Below the pieces are notes generated by a model. It worked only from the letters and a program-made list of their open reading frames with translations. It had not been told where the DNA came from and did not search any database. From Balanoglossus misakiensis (lineage: Eukaryota > Animalia > Hemichordata), in contig CM082583.2 in NCBI GenBank assembly GCA_040954595.2, forward strand, positions 11,506,536 to 11,570,535: 64,000 nt of DNA, written 5' to 3'. Position numbers and translations under genes: made by a program. Shown in pieces: positions 12,327-21,876 of this stretch; position 1 is the first letter of the stretch; the number at the start of each line of letters is the position of its first letter.

Positions 12327-12791
12327 ACGCTTTTTCACGGCCAGCGGAGTGCCGATGATCCTCAATCCAAACAGAAAAAGAGAAGTTTTCGCCAATGGTG
12401 AATTCATGTAGAAAGCACAAAATTCGACGTGCTTACCTTCTGGACAGTCGAAATAATTTTTGAAGACAGCATATCGTCGCCGGTACATACGGCATATGAT
12501 ACTATCGGCCGGCTCCTATCTAAATTCTAATATATCAGGTATATCGCTCGACGGCATTCTCGCTGCATCGTGCGACTTCTCGCTTCATCGTAGTCGTAGT
12601 CGTAGTCGTAGGCTAAGATACATCACCATCTCTATCTATCTCGGCCTTCTGATTTATTAAATAATTCCTTTTCCCGCACTTCACTTCCGTCGTCCTTCCT
12701 CCCGCACTCTTGTTCCTGGCTACACTGGGCAGAGATGCCAATCTCTGGGGAGCGTGCGATTCTCCCGTGATACCCGTCGTATCCTCTGCGG

Positions 12792-15700
12792 CTACACGCT
12801 GTCGTTGCCGGGACAATATGACCAATCACCGTAGCGCTGGGGCGGTTGCCGTTGTCTCTGGGGATATAGCCGGTGGCGGCTCATGTTCGAACGCCGGTAG
12901 GCGCGTGAACGTTGCCGCGGTGGGGACGAGCGGTGAACACAGTCACCCGGTTCGCTTCTATCATTTTCACTGTTTTCGGTAGCCGTGATAATTCGCTGTT
13001 TGTCCCGCCAGTCGACGCCGTCGTTACCCGTATAAGGTTTTAGGCGATCGTAGTGTATCACTCTTGGTCGGTAATTTCTACCACGTTGAATTCTGAATAG
13101 CACATCGGACAATTTATCAGTGATGAGGTAGGGGCCGTCCCACCGGCGGGCTGCTAACTTTCTTGAAGTCCCCTTTTTGAACGCCTCGATGTGAAGCCAG
13201 ACGAACTGGCCAACTTCAAGTGGAGTTCCTGATGCACGATTGTCGTATTCTCGCTTCTGTGTAACCGCACTCTTTTTCAGTGCAAGGCGGGCGCGCTCGT
13301 GCGCCAGTTGCATCCTCTTACGGAGTTGTAGTGCATAATCTGTATTCTCGTTCTGGTCGGGTTCGGGTGTGGGGCCGTGTAGTAAATCTATTGGTAGTGC
13401 GACTTCTCTACCGAGCATCAACATCGCCGGTGTTTCCGACGTACTCGCCTGGACGCTACTTCGGTACGCCATCATCGCGTACGGGACCACAAGATCCCAA
13501 TCGGATTGGTCGGGGTTGACCAAGATTGAGACTGACTGCGAAATTGTCCTCATGAACCGTTCGACGTATCCATCACTCTTTGGGTTGTAGGGCGCTGTGC
13601 GGGTTTTCTTAATGCCTAGCAGCCGACATACTTCTGACATAACCCGTGACTCGAAGTTTGCACCTTGGTCGGAATGAAGTTGACGTGGTGTGCCGAAACG
13701 GGTTATAAACTCGCCGGCCAATTTCTCGGCGACCGTCGCAGCCTCTTGGTTAGGGATGGGGTACGCCTCTACCCACTTGGTGAAATAATCGCCGATGACC
13801 AAAATCCACCTGTTGTTGCGTTCGGTGATAGGAAAGGGGCCAATTATATCGAATGCCACTCGATCAAGAGGGGATCCGACGACGTACTGTTGAAGCCGTC
13901 CACGACGTTTTCGTCCATGGCTCTTTCTAGCAGCACATACGTCGCATCGTCTGATCATCGCCCTAATGTCGTTCGTCGCACCATACCAATAATACCGTTG
14001 GAGAATTTTCCGTTTCGTCTTAAAAACACCAAAATGAGCTGCAGTTTTGGCCGAATGTAACTCGTCGAATATTTCGTCTTTGAGTGAGCACGGGGGAATC
14101 AGTAATAATCGGTGGGTATTGTCTCGGCTGGATATCCATCGCCGATAAAGTACGCCGTCGTGAATTTCTAGCAAATCCCACGAACCCCAATATGCCTTTA
14201 CTGCTGAACTGGAAGGGGATACCGTTTGCCAGTCTGGGCGCGTATCGTCACCTTCCTTCAGTCGTAATATTGGGCCAACGTCGGGATCATCCAGTTGTAG
14301 TTTTCGCAGTGTTTCGTTGTCATAACGTAGTTGTAGGCCAATTGCATTTGTCGTTTTCTCTTCCGGGTCGCCGTCGACATCAGGACAACTTGATTTACGA
14401 CGCTCGGTTTCGGGTCCGGTTGACGTCGACGTTGGCAGGTCCCCGGTTGATGATGAGTTTGTGTTCGCTGGGTCGGTCTCGGTCTGTGTTGCTGTCGATT
14501 GGTAACCTGGCACCGTCACCTTCGCTAACGTTGGTGCGTTCTCTCGGTCGGCAGGCCTATCGCTGGGGTGGGCTCGTCCACACTGTCGGCACGGCCTCCT
14601 TGACAGGCCGTCTGCATTCTGATGTTTCTTTCCCGGTCGATGTATTATTTTGTAGTCGAATTCGCTTATAACTTCGAGCCAACGAGCCAGTTGTCCTTCA
14701 GGTTCCTTGAAGTTGACAAGCCATCGGAGAGAGGCGTGGTCTGTTCGAAGTGTGAAGGGCTGACCGTATAAATATGGGCGAAAGTGTTTCATGAAGTGGA
14801 CCGCTGCGAGTAATTCTTTCCGCGTAACACAGTAGTTCCGCTCGGCTTTCGATAGACTCCGGCTGGCAAAGCTGATGACTCGTTCAACGCCGTTTTCGAT
14901 TTGAGAGAGGACGCCGCCTATCCCAAACTTACTAGCGTCGGTGTCGAGGATGAGGGGAGCATCGGGGATTGGATAAGCTAACACTGGCGCACTTATGAGC
15001 TTTCCTTTGAGAGTGTTGAAGGCGCAGTCGCATTCGTTGTCCCAGAAGAAGGGTTGGTTTTTCTCGGTCAGCCTGGTAAGGGGTCTCGCGATGATTGAAA
15101 AGTTGTGGACGAACCGGCGATAGTAAGACGCAAGGCCTAAGAATGCGCGAACTTCATGCACGTTTGTCGGTGTGGGCCAAAACTTGACGGCTTCGACCTT
15201 TTTGGGGCTCGTTTCGATTCCGGCGGCGGAAACGCGATGGCCTAAATAGTCGACTTGTTTCTGAAACAATTTGCATTTACTGGGTTTCAACTTTAAGCCG
15301 GCTGTCTGCAAACGATGGAATACCATGTCTAGTCGTTCTAACATTTGGTCGAAGGAAGAGGCGAAAACGATGATATCGTCTAAATACAACAGCAGGATCT
15401 CCCATTGTAACCCTGCCAGTGCGTACTCCATCAGTCGTTGAAAAGTTGCCGGCGCGTTGCAAAGTCCGAACGGCATCACTTTCCACTGAAACAGGCCGTT
15501 CCATGTTGTGAAGGCAGTCTTTTCTTTGGCATCGTCGTCGAGTGCCACCTGCCAAAAGCCACTGGTGAGGTCGAGCGTTGTGAACCAGCAAGCTCCGGCA
15601 AGTGCGTTGACACTGTCTTCGATTCGTGGTATGGCGTATGCATCCTTTTTCGTGATGTCGTTAAGACGGCGGTAGTCTACACAGAACCGAGAGCTACCGT

Positions 15701-16859
15701 CCGATTTACGCACTAGAACAATCGGAGCAGCCCAGGGACTGTGAGATGGCTCGATTACGTCACTACGAAGCATCTCATTCACTAATTTGGTCGTCTCTTC
15801 CCGAGTCCAGGGGGATTGTCGTCGGGGTTGTTGTCTGAGCGGTGGATGATCACCAGTTGAAATATGATGTTTCGTTATGTTGCTCCGGCCGACGTCGCTT
15901 TTATCTCTGGAGAAAATATTCTCCCATTTGCAGAGAAAGTCGGCAATTTTCCCCGCATTCGATTTTCCCACTGTCTCGAGACTTTCCTTATATATATCTT
16001 CCAGATGCGTCGGTATCGGTTTAGGTGGGGTGGAGAATTCGTTCTTAGGGTCACTAATCGCTGGCTCCACAGGTTGGGGAAGAATTGTTGTATCGGTGCT
16101 GGTAGTTACGGCGACCACCGTACCACGCCGAATGAAGTGGTCCTTTTCGCTGACGTTCAATAATCGCAATGGCACGTTTCTATTGGCGGTACTGACTAAA
16201 ATTCTTCCGACGACAACACCGTGTTTCGCCGCCAGATTACCTCGTGTTGGCTCGACAACACCACAAATACTACCTGTGATGAGACGGGATAAATGACCAG
16301 CGATGACCACCTCATGACCGGCAGGCACGACGACGTCGTGTGTCACTGACACCCGGGCAGTCAGGTTTCCTCCCCGCCGGTCCAACAAGGGGACGTCTCC
16401 GTCGTGAAATCCCAACGTCAAAGAATGCGTACGAATTTCTGCCTGACCCTGTAGTAAGTAGTCGCCCCCCAGAATTACATTTTCACTAATGTCGGCAACG
16501 AATGCATGCATTTCCGTCGTATTATTACCCACCGAAATATTGAAGTCGGCCTCCCCGTAAAGAAAAAGACGTGTAGACCCATCGGCCATGGACGGTTGAA
16601 TAGTTGACGGGGCTAGCGGAGGGCGACGAGACTCCGGTAACTTATTATACACTTGCTTTGAAATTATTGTGATTTCCGACCCGCTATCAATGAAAGAACA
16701 AACGTCTAACCCATTGATTCGAGTCATTACGTAGAACGCCGGTCGCAAATTATGACTAAAACCATTGTCGTCATTCTGTCGTTTATTGGAACTGGGGGAA
16801 AAAGTAACATCTCTGTTGCCGTTGCGGTTTGCTGGTCGATGGTGGGGTCTTACAAATTT
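12792..16859 (-). CDS. pol: Gypsy Pol polyprotein (protease, RT, RNase H, integrase), reached by -1 frameshift from gag
   Basis: FIDSGSEITII (aspartic protease); SPWAAPIVLV, CVDYRRLN, LDLTSGFWQ, MPFGLCNAPATFQR, YLDD (RT); DTDASKFGIG (RNase H); H-x6-H...CDVC, DIIGP, SDQG, VER (integrase); WDGPY. The ORF track extends the frame to 17027. Confidence 0.96.
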   Translation of the reverse strand, partial: KFVRPHHRPANRNGNRDVTFSPSSNKRQNDDNGFSHNLRPAFYVMTRINGLDVCSFIDSGSEITIISKQVYNKLPESRRPPLAPSTIQPSMADGSTRLFLYGEADFNISVGNNTTEMHAFVADISENVILGGDYLLQGQAEIRTHSLTLGFHDGDVPLLDRRGGNLTARVSVTHDVVVPAGHEVVIAGHLSRLITGSICGVVEPTRGNLAAKHGVVVGRILVSTANRNVPLRLLNVSEKDHFIRRGTVVAVTTSTDTTILPQPVEPAISDPKNEFSTPPKPIPTHLEDIYKESLETVGKSNAGKIADFLCKWENIFSRDKSDVGRSNITKHHISTGDHPPLRQQPRRQSPWTREETTKLVNEMLRSDVIEPSHSPWAAPIVLVRKSDGSSRFCVDYRRLNDITKKDAYAIPRIEDSVNALAGACWFTTLDLTSGFWQVALDDDAKEKTAFTTWNGLFQWKVMPFGLCNAPATFQRLMEYALAGLQWEILLLYLDDIIVFASSFDQMLERLDMVFHRLQTAGLKLKPSKCKLFQKQVDYLGHRVSAAGIETSPKKVEAVKFWPTPTNVHEVRAFLGLASYYRRFVHNFSIIARPLTRLTEKNQPFFWDNECDCAFNTLKGKLISAPVLAYPIPDAPLILDTDASKFGIGGVLSQIENGVERVISFASRSLSKAERNYCVTRKELLAAVHFMKHFRPYLYGQPFTLRTDHASLRWLVNFKEPEGQLARWLEVISEFDYKIIHRPGKKHQNADGLSRRPCRQCGRAHPSDRPADRENAPTLAKVTVPGYQSTATQTETDPANTNSSSTGDLPTSTSTGPETERRKSSCPDVDGDPEEKTTNAIGLQLRYDNETLRKLQLDDPDVGPILRLKEGDDTRPDWQTVSPSSSAVKAYWGSWDLLEIHDGVLYRRWISSRDNTHRLLLIPPCSLKDEIFDELHSAKTAAHFGVFKTKRKILQRYYWYGATNDIRAMIRRCDVCAARKSHGRKRRGRLQQYVVGSPLDRVAFDIIGPFPITERNNRWILVIGDYFTKWVEAYPIPNQEAATVAEKLAGEFITRFGTPRQLHSDQGANFESRVMSEVCRLLGIKKTRTAPYNPKSDGYVERFMRTISQSVSILVNPDQSDWDLVVPYAMMAYRSSVQASTSETPAMLMLGREVALPIDLLHGPTPEPDQNENTDYALQLRKRMQLAHERARLALKKSAVTQKREYDNRASGTPLEVGQFVWLHIEAFKKGTSRKLAARRWDGPYLITDKLSDVLFRIQRGRNYRPRVIHYDRLKPYTGNDGVDWRDKQRIITATENSENDRSEPGDCVHRSSPPRQRSRAYRRSNMSRHRLYPQRQRQPPQRYGDWSYCPGNDSV

Positions 16860-18433
16860 CGGGGGCGGGGCTGGGTACCGTTGTCCGACCTCGCGTTGCC
16901 CCTGTCGTTTGGTCGGCTGTCGTTTCCCCCGTCCTGACGATGGGGGCAAGATCGGCGCAAATGTCCCTTTTCTCCGCAGAGAAAACATTCGCCCCGCTGA
17001 TACCTTCTCTGTGTTTCGTCGCTCCAAGAATCGCGACGATCAGGAGGTCGGTCCGATGAAGTCCGTTCGTTCCGGACACGCAGGACTGAGCCGTTGTAGG
17101 ATGTAGCTTCGTCGATGTTATGATCAGTCTGTTGGATGCGTCGAGATAAGGGGCGGCGGCGATTCGCCCGGTCGTCCTCAGCTAGGAAATAGGCCTCCAG
17201 GGAGATGGCCGTTCGGATCGCGTCGTTCATCGACTTCGGTTGGGAACGGTGCAGATCCATGCGCAACATCGGGTCGGTAAGGGCTGTCTCGAAGTACTGC
17301 CTCGCTAATCTGTCTACGGCGGTAGAATCGAGCTCAGGATAGGCGCATTCGGTGAGCTCTAGGATGGAGTTTCCGAATTCTGCGAGGGATTCGTCGCGAC
17401 GGCGACGTCGACTTTGTAGCTGAAACAGAAACTTTTCAGCTTGGCCGACGGTGCTGTACTGGTTGTCCAATTGTCGAATTAAACGGGCATACGTCACCTT
17501 ACCATTATTCTCTAATCGCTTTAACACTTTCTGGGCGGGGCCATTCAGCAAGGCTGCTAGAAACTGACCTTTTTGTGCTTCATTCCAGCCATTAAGCAGG
17601 GAACAATATTGGAAATGGGATTTATAATCTTCCCATGATATTATTCCGTCAAATCGGTCGGGCATAACCAGTGGGCGGTGAGGGGGGCGTATCCCATACG
17701 GTCCATGAGGGTGAGGTGTGACGTTCACATTCATTTCGTCGTTTAGGCGGTGATACGGATAGGGTACAGCGTCGGCAGAGAAATGGTCGGGATAATCTCG
17801 GTCGGTCGTGCTGGAGCGCTGATCATCGTTTTTGCGTATATTACGGTGCTGTTCAGACGGAGACAAAGCTGATTCCTCACGTCTTCGAGTACTAGGGTCG
17901 TGGTCATACGACACCGGGACTACGGTAGGTCTTTCTGGGGGAGATTCGAAGTTGGGTGTAGACGTGCGGAGGTCGAACCGCACGGCGTTTCGTTCGATCG
18001 TCGACTCCCGCTGCGGTGGCACGACTGGAGAACGGTGTTTTGGTCGCCCCCCTTGTTGTTCATATATTTTCGGGGATGACGTCGATTCGTCGGTATTAGA
18101 CAACGGAGATTGGGGGACGAATCGGCTGAGTTGGTCGCCAGAGGGTCCTGGGGTCGAGAGTTGTGGGCCAGGCGAGTGCGTGACGGGGCTGTTTTGTTTA
18201 GGTGCCGCTGAACCGAATAACGTGGACCGCACCCTCCCGACAGTTTTCGACAAAACTTCGGCAAAGGGGCTGTGTACTTTGGCAGGACCTCCACTCATGG
18301 GGCCACAAGTACTCTCTTCGGAGTCGGACGTATCAGGTGATTTGTTCGATGCCTTAAACATTATTACCTTATCGGTGTCATCTAAACTACTTGTTCTGTC
18401 GACAGCCGATGTGCTGTCGTCGGGGGCTGACAT
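16850..18433 (-). CDS. gag: Gypsy Gag (527 aa)
   Basis: First ORF after the PBS; capsid-like PDRFDG..WEDY..HF..C..LNGW..L.G.A region; CCHC knuckle CFLCGEKGHLRRSC. Confidence 0.93.
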   Translation of the reverse strand: MSAPDDSTSAVDRTSSLDDTDKVIMFKASNKSPDTSDSEESTCGPMSGGPAKVHSPFAEVLSKTVGRVRSTLFGSAAPKQNSPVTHSPGPQLSTPGPSGDQLSRFVPQSPLSNTDESTSSPKIYEQQGGRPKHRSPVVPPQRESTIERNAVRFDLRTSTPNFESPPERPTVVPVSYDHDPSTRRREESALSPSEQHRNIRKNDDQRSSTTDRDYPDHFSADAVPYPYHRLNDEMNVNVTPHPHGPYGIRPPHRPLVMPDRFDGIISWEDYKSHFQYCSLLNGWNEAQKGQFLAALLNGPAQKVLKRLENNGKVTYARLIRQLDNQYSTVGQAEKFLFQLQSRRRRRDESLAEFGNSILELTECAYPELDSTAVDRLARQYFETALTDPMLRMDLHRSQPKSMNDAIRTAISLEAYFLAEDDRANRRRPLSRRIQQTDHNIDEATSYNGSVLRVRNERTSSDRPPDRRDSWSDETQRRYQRGECFLCGEKGHLRRSCPHRQDGGNDSRPNDRGNARSDNGTQPRPRNL

Positions 18434-18521
18434 AATTTTCGAAGGGGAGTTAAGTTCTCGATTTCAGTTTTATTTCGTTGGTCGCTCAACTTGTGCTCTC
18501 GTACTACAGTCTCTGACGTAA

Positions 18522-18540
18522 AATCCCACCGCTGCCACCA
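18522..18540 (-). other. Primer-binding site complementary to the tRNA-Leu 3' end
   Basis: Minus-strand TGGTGGCAGCGGTGGGATT, 2 nt after the 5' LTR; complement of the ...AATCCCACCGCTGCCACCA end of animal tRNA-Leu(AAG/UAG). Confidence 0.88.
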
Positions 18541-18542
18541 AT

Positions 18543-19107
18543 TGTCGAGATTTTTCCTTCGTCGTTATTATTACGTTGAGACTGGTCAGGTGATCAGTAA
18601 GGGTAACGACCTTACACCCGAGTGACAGAGCGCACGAGGACAAAATAATAAAGTGTAGAAGCCAACGTGGCGTATTTATTAACTGAACACGAAAAATTAT
18701 CAACAATACTGCGTAAAAATGAAGAGCTGTACCTTCTTTGCTGTTGCTGGTGTGGCCTCGATAAGAAAAACCCCTTGAGCGACCCCGTTTTAAAGAGAAT
18801 CGCTACTTATATACCCTCGGGTCGGATTCAAAATCAGAAAAGCTAATTTGCATATCGGACGTCGGAGAAAGCACCTAAAATCTACATATCATGTCGGCTT
18901 CAAGCCAAGAAAAGTAGCTAAATAAATGATTGACAGCTGTCGCTCGAAATCGTCGTTGCTAGACAACCAAAGGCAAACATTGAATGAAAACTGAACGTGC
19001 GTACTAACAGGCTAATCGGTTTTGGCGCGTGTGCCGCGCCTGCTGAGTAATTACAAAAACCGCAAAGGCATTCAGAAACGTAAAATGGACCTCGTTAAAC
19101 CTCTACA
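18543..19107 (-). repeat. 5' LTR
   Basis: 565 bp, matches 10744-11308, followed by the PBS. Confidence 0.97.
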
Positions 19108-20602
19108 TAACTATATACGCGTACAAATTAATGACCATACTGGTTACCATATGCCTGATCATTGCTATGAATAGAAACCATTGTTTTCTCATGGTATGTC
19201 ATGTCAGATCATATCTTTGTGCCCGACAAACATTTTCAACTCCAGTCCACTCCAAAGGTCACACTACCTGTACACGTCGTCAACACTCGAGATGTCACCG
19301 CGTTCCGATAAAAACTGGGATAAGTTTTAAATATGAAAAGTTTCGAACTGCTTAGGCTCAATTATGCCCGGCTGTCCAAACAATAGGGCTGCTTGGTACA
19401 CCGACTATTGGACTTTCGACGCAAAGCATGTCAGAAATAATGCACGTCATGTTCTATTTGCGTACTTAATGTCAGAAGGCAATGCCGGATGTCCTATAAA
19501 ATGAGCAACACTACTCATGCCATGATATTCTACCTGGTTTCACGAGGGTAAACATCATCCCTACCTTCTTCCTCTTATAATCCCAACCCCCACGCCAACC
19601 TCAACCAAGCCTCAACCAAGAGCTGGTCAGAATGATCGGGCCAACAAACGACTTTAGAATACCATAGGAACTATTTTATACTAAAACCAGCAATAGCATA
19701 TAAGATGCGATGACTAGTTCAAGACTTTACCTGCGTGCTGAGGACACCACTGAATACGACTGTGAAAAATTAAGTTGTCAGCCTTGCCTCGTACGTTGAC
19801 CAACTAAGTATCATGTGGTTCAACAGTATCACTTGGCAATCTTTTGGTGTTCAACCAATAAACGAGACTTGAACCTGAACCTGTGACGTAACAATACGTC
19901 TACCTGACCCTTTTAATTATTATGTCGTAATTCTAAAAGTCATATTAGACAAATTTGAAAGGGAGCGAATACTTGACAAAACACATCATCCCCAAGACTC
20001 CGATCGTTAACGCCTTAATATAGATATGATTTTTCCCAGTTCACAATTTACACCTTTATCAAAGTGAAACAAGGTCACGCAGGTTTGAATATTAACCATG
20101 CAGGCTTGCAATGCGCCCTTTGACAAACGCTGACTAAGCAAAACGAGCTCGAGAGATTTTCAGAGTTGTTTATGGCGTCACAGCCCAAAACACAGATCAA
20201 CACAAAAGAAAGAATGTTTGGTGAAAACAATCAGAACGTTTATAACTATCAATGAATCCGATGAATCCATATCCTTTCCCCGGCATATTGAATACAACCA
20301 TATAACAAATACCTTCAACGCAAGGGAACCCAAGCCTCGGTTTGAGGTAACCAGCTGTTGTTTAACAACATTGGGAACGTCATCATCTGTGACCTTTCCA
20401 GTGACATCTGTTTGTACATTTGTATTATAACAACAGTCGAGGCCTGATTGGGCTATAATATTAAATTTTAAATATTATATAAATGTGTTCTAAGCATTTT
20501 GCGCAAGTAATCTGAGCGTTCCTTTGATGTGCGCCGCTGTTAAAAACTGGTAGAAAATAAAGTCTGCGTTTGAGGCTGTCAGTAAATAAACCCATTTTAT
20601 TA

Positions 20603-21497
20603 TCAAGTGACTCGAAGTCCGATTACATCCAATTTGTAAATTGTTATTCTTCCATAAAAATCTGTGCTGTCATTAAAGACAATCTTTAACTTTTTTATAT
20701 TCTCTGCTGACACAGGAAAGCTGTAGGAAAGAGAGTTAAGGAAGCTTATAATAATTCTTGGGGAATGGAATTCTGTCATGGCCTTGAGTTAATTAACAGC
20801 TAGGTCTAAATGATGTGTAAGTTCTTCATACCACTAATATGCTCAGCACCAGATCAATTTAAAAGGCACCAAAAATATTATACATCCTCTTTGAAACTTC
20901 AGTCGCAAGAAAAGGATATCTGTAATGAATTTATATCTTCAGGATAAAAATCCGTAATTTTAGTCAATTCTTCATCACCATGGCAACCTTCAATCCGACA
21001 CTCTTTTCCTACAAATCCACCCTGGAACTGGATTTGTAATTCTTGTATCGTTATGTTATTCGGAAACTCCAACACGACCCACTGCGGCGAACCCTGCAGA
21101 AACAAAATGTGAAAAAAAGCGGTTGTATTAGGAGCGCTGTGGCTTAGTGTTTAGGCGGCAAATGTCTAGATTTCGCTCTGGTGACTGTTCACCTACCTGG
21201 TCAGAATTCCAGCAGGTTTCTTCAGTTCCGTCGAACATGTATTTTTTCCCAAATTGCTTGACGTCCCTGTTGAGTACAGAACTAACTCTAGAAGAAGTAG
21301 GAAGGAAAAACAATCAGGCTGCAGACAAAACCTCGAACATACTGGCACCAAACGTTGGCAAGGCCCAAACTTTTGCGTGGGGTGCATATAAAATATCCAC
21401 TATCACGCCCGATCTAAACAAAAATATCCAATACACTCAATCAGTACAAAATTGCCTACTTTTTATTTACATCGTGGTTTATCATGGACGTCGCCAT
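20603..21497 (-). CDS. NR2C2AP: Nuclear receptor 2C2-associated protein (TRA16), 140 aa, 4 exons
   Basis: Exons 21497-21460, 21287-21197, 21093-20920, 20722-20603 (423 nt): VSSVLNRDVKQFGKKYMFDGTEETCWNSDQGSPQWVVLEFP...IQFQGGF...DFYPEDINSLQ|SFP...STDFYGRITIYKLDVIG. Confidence 0.95.
20723..20919 (-). other. U12-type (minor spliceosome) AT-AC intron
   Basis: 5' site ATATCCTTTT, branch TTCCTTAAC (20743-20735), 3' CCTAC; only this splice keeps the NR2C2AP frame. Confidence 0.93.
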
Positions 21498-21876
21498 CTT
21501 GCTCTTAGGTCAACCAGAGGTCAGCAAGAAACTTTTATTGTGCGCCCTCAGCGACGAAGTGAGTGAGCTGGAACTAATTTACAAGGCGACGTCTTCATAT
21601 TTTCGTGACGTGATATTAGTCAAAGATAATTATACTGATAATTTACAATCGAGTCATTTAATGTCAGTAAATGTACACGTTTCCTTTATTTAATGCACGA
21701 AAGAAAATATAGAATAGAATATATAGTTTTATTTACAATAGTTGCGAATAATAGCAAAACAAAATTCTAAAGCTTCTTGGCAGTTCTTGTGATGGCTTTG
21801 CACCGTAATGTACAACAATCTACGATTTTCCGCTCAATGCGACATCTCGCGAGACTTCGCCGACATTTCGCTGTCA

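Larger units (their letters stand above)
10744..19107 (-). mobile_element. Intact Ty3/Gypsy LTR retrotransposon (8364 bp)
   Basis: Two 565-bp TG...CA LTRs, 4-bp TSD TAAC (10740-10743 and 19108-19111), PBS, PPT, uninterrupted gag and pol with PR-RT-RH-INT order. Confidence 0.98.

Noticed and set aside
13280-18521. Plus-strand ORFs antisense to gag/pol (e.g. 17832-18521, 14084-14671)
   Set aside because: Shadow ORFs of GC-rich coding sequence, mostly non-ATG starts, no motifs.
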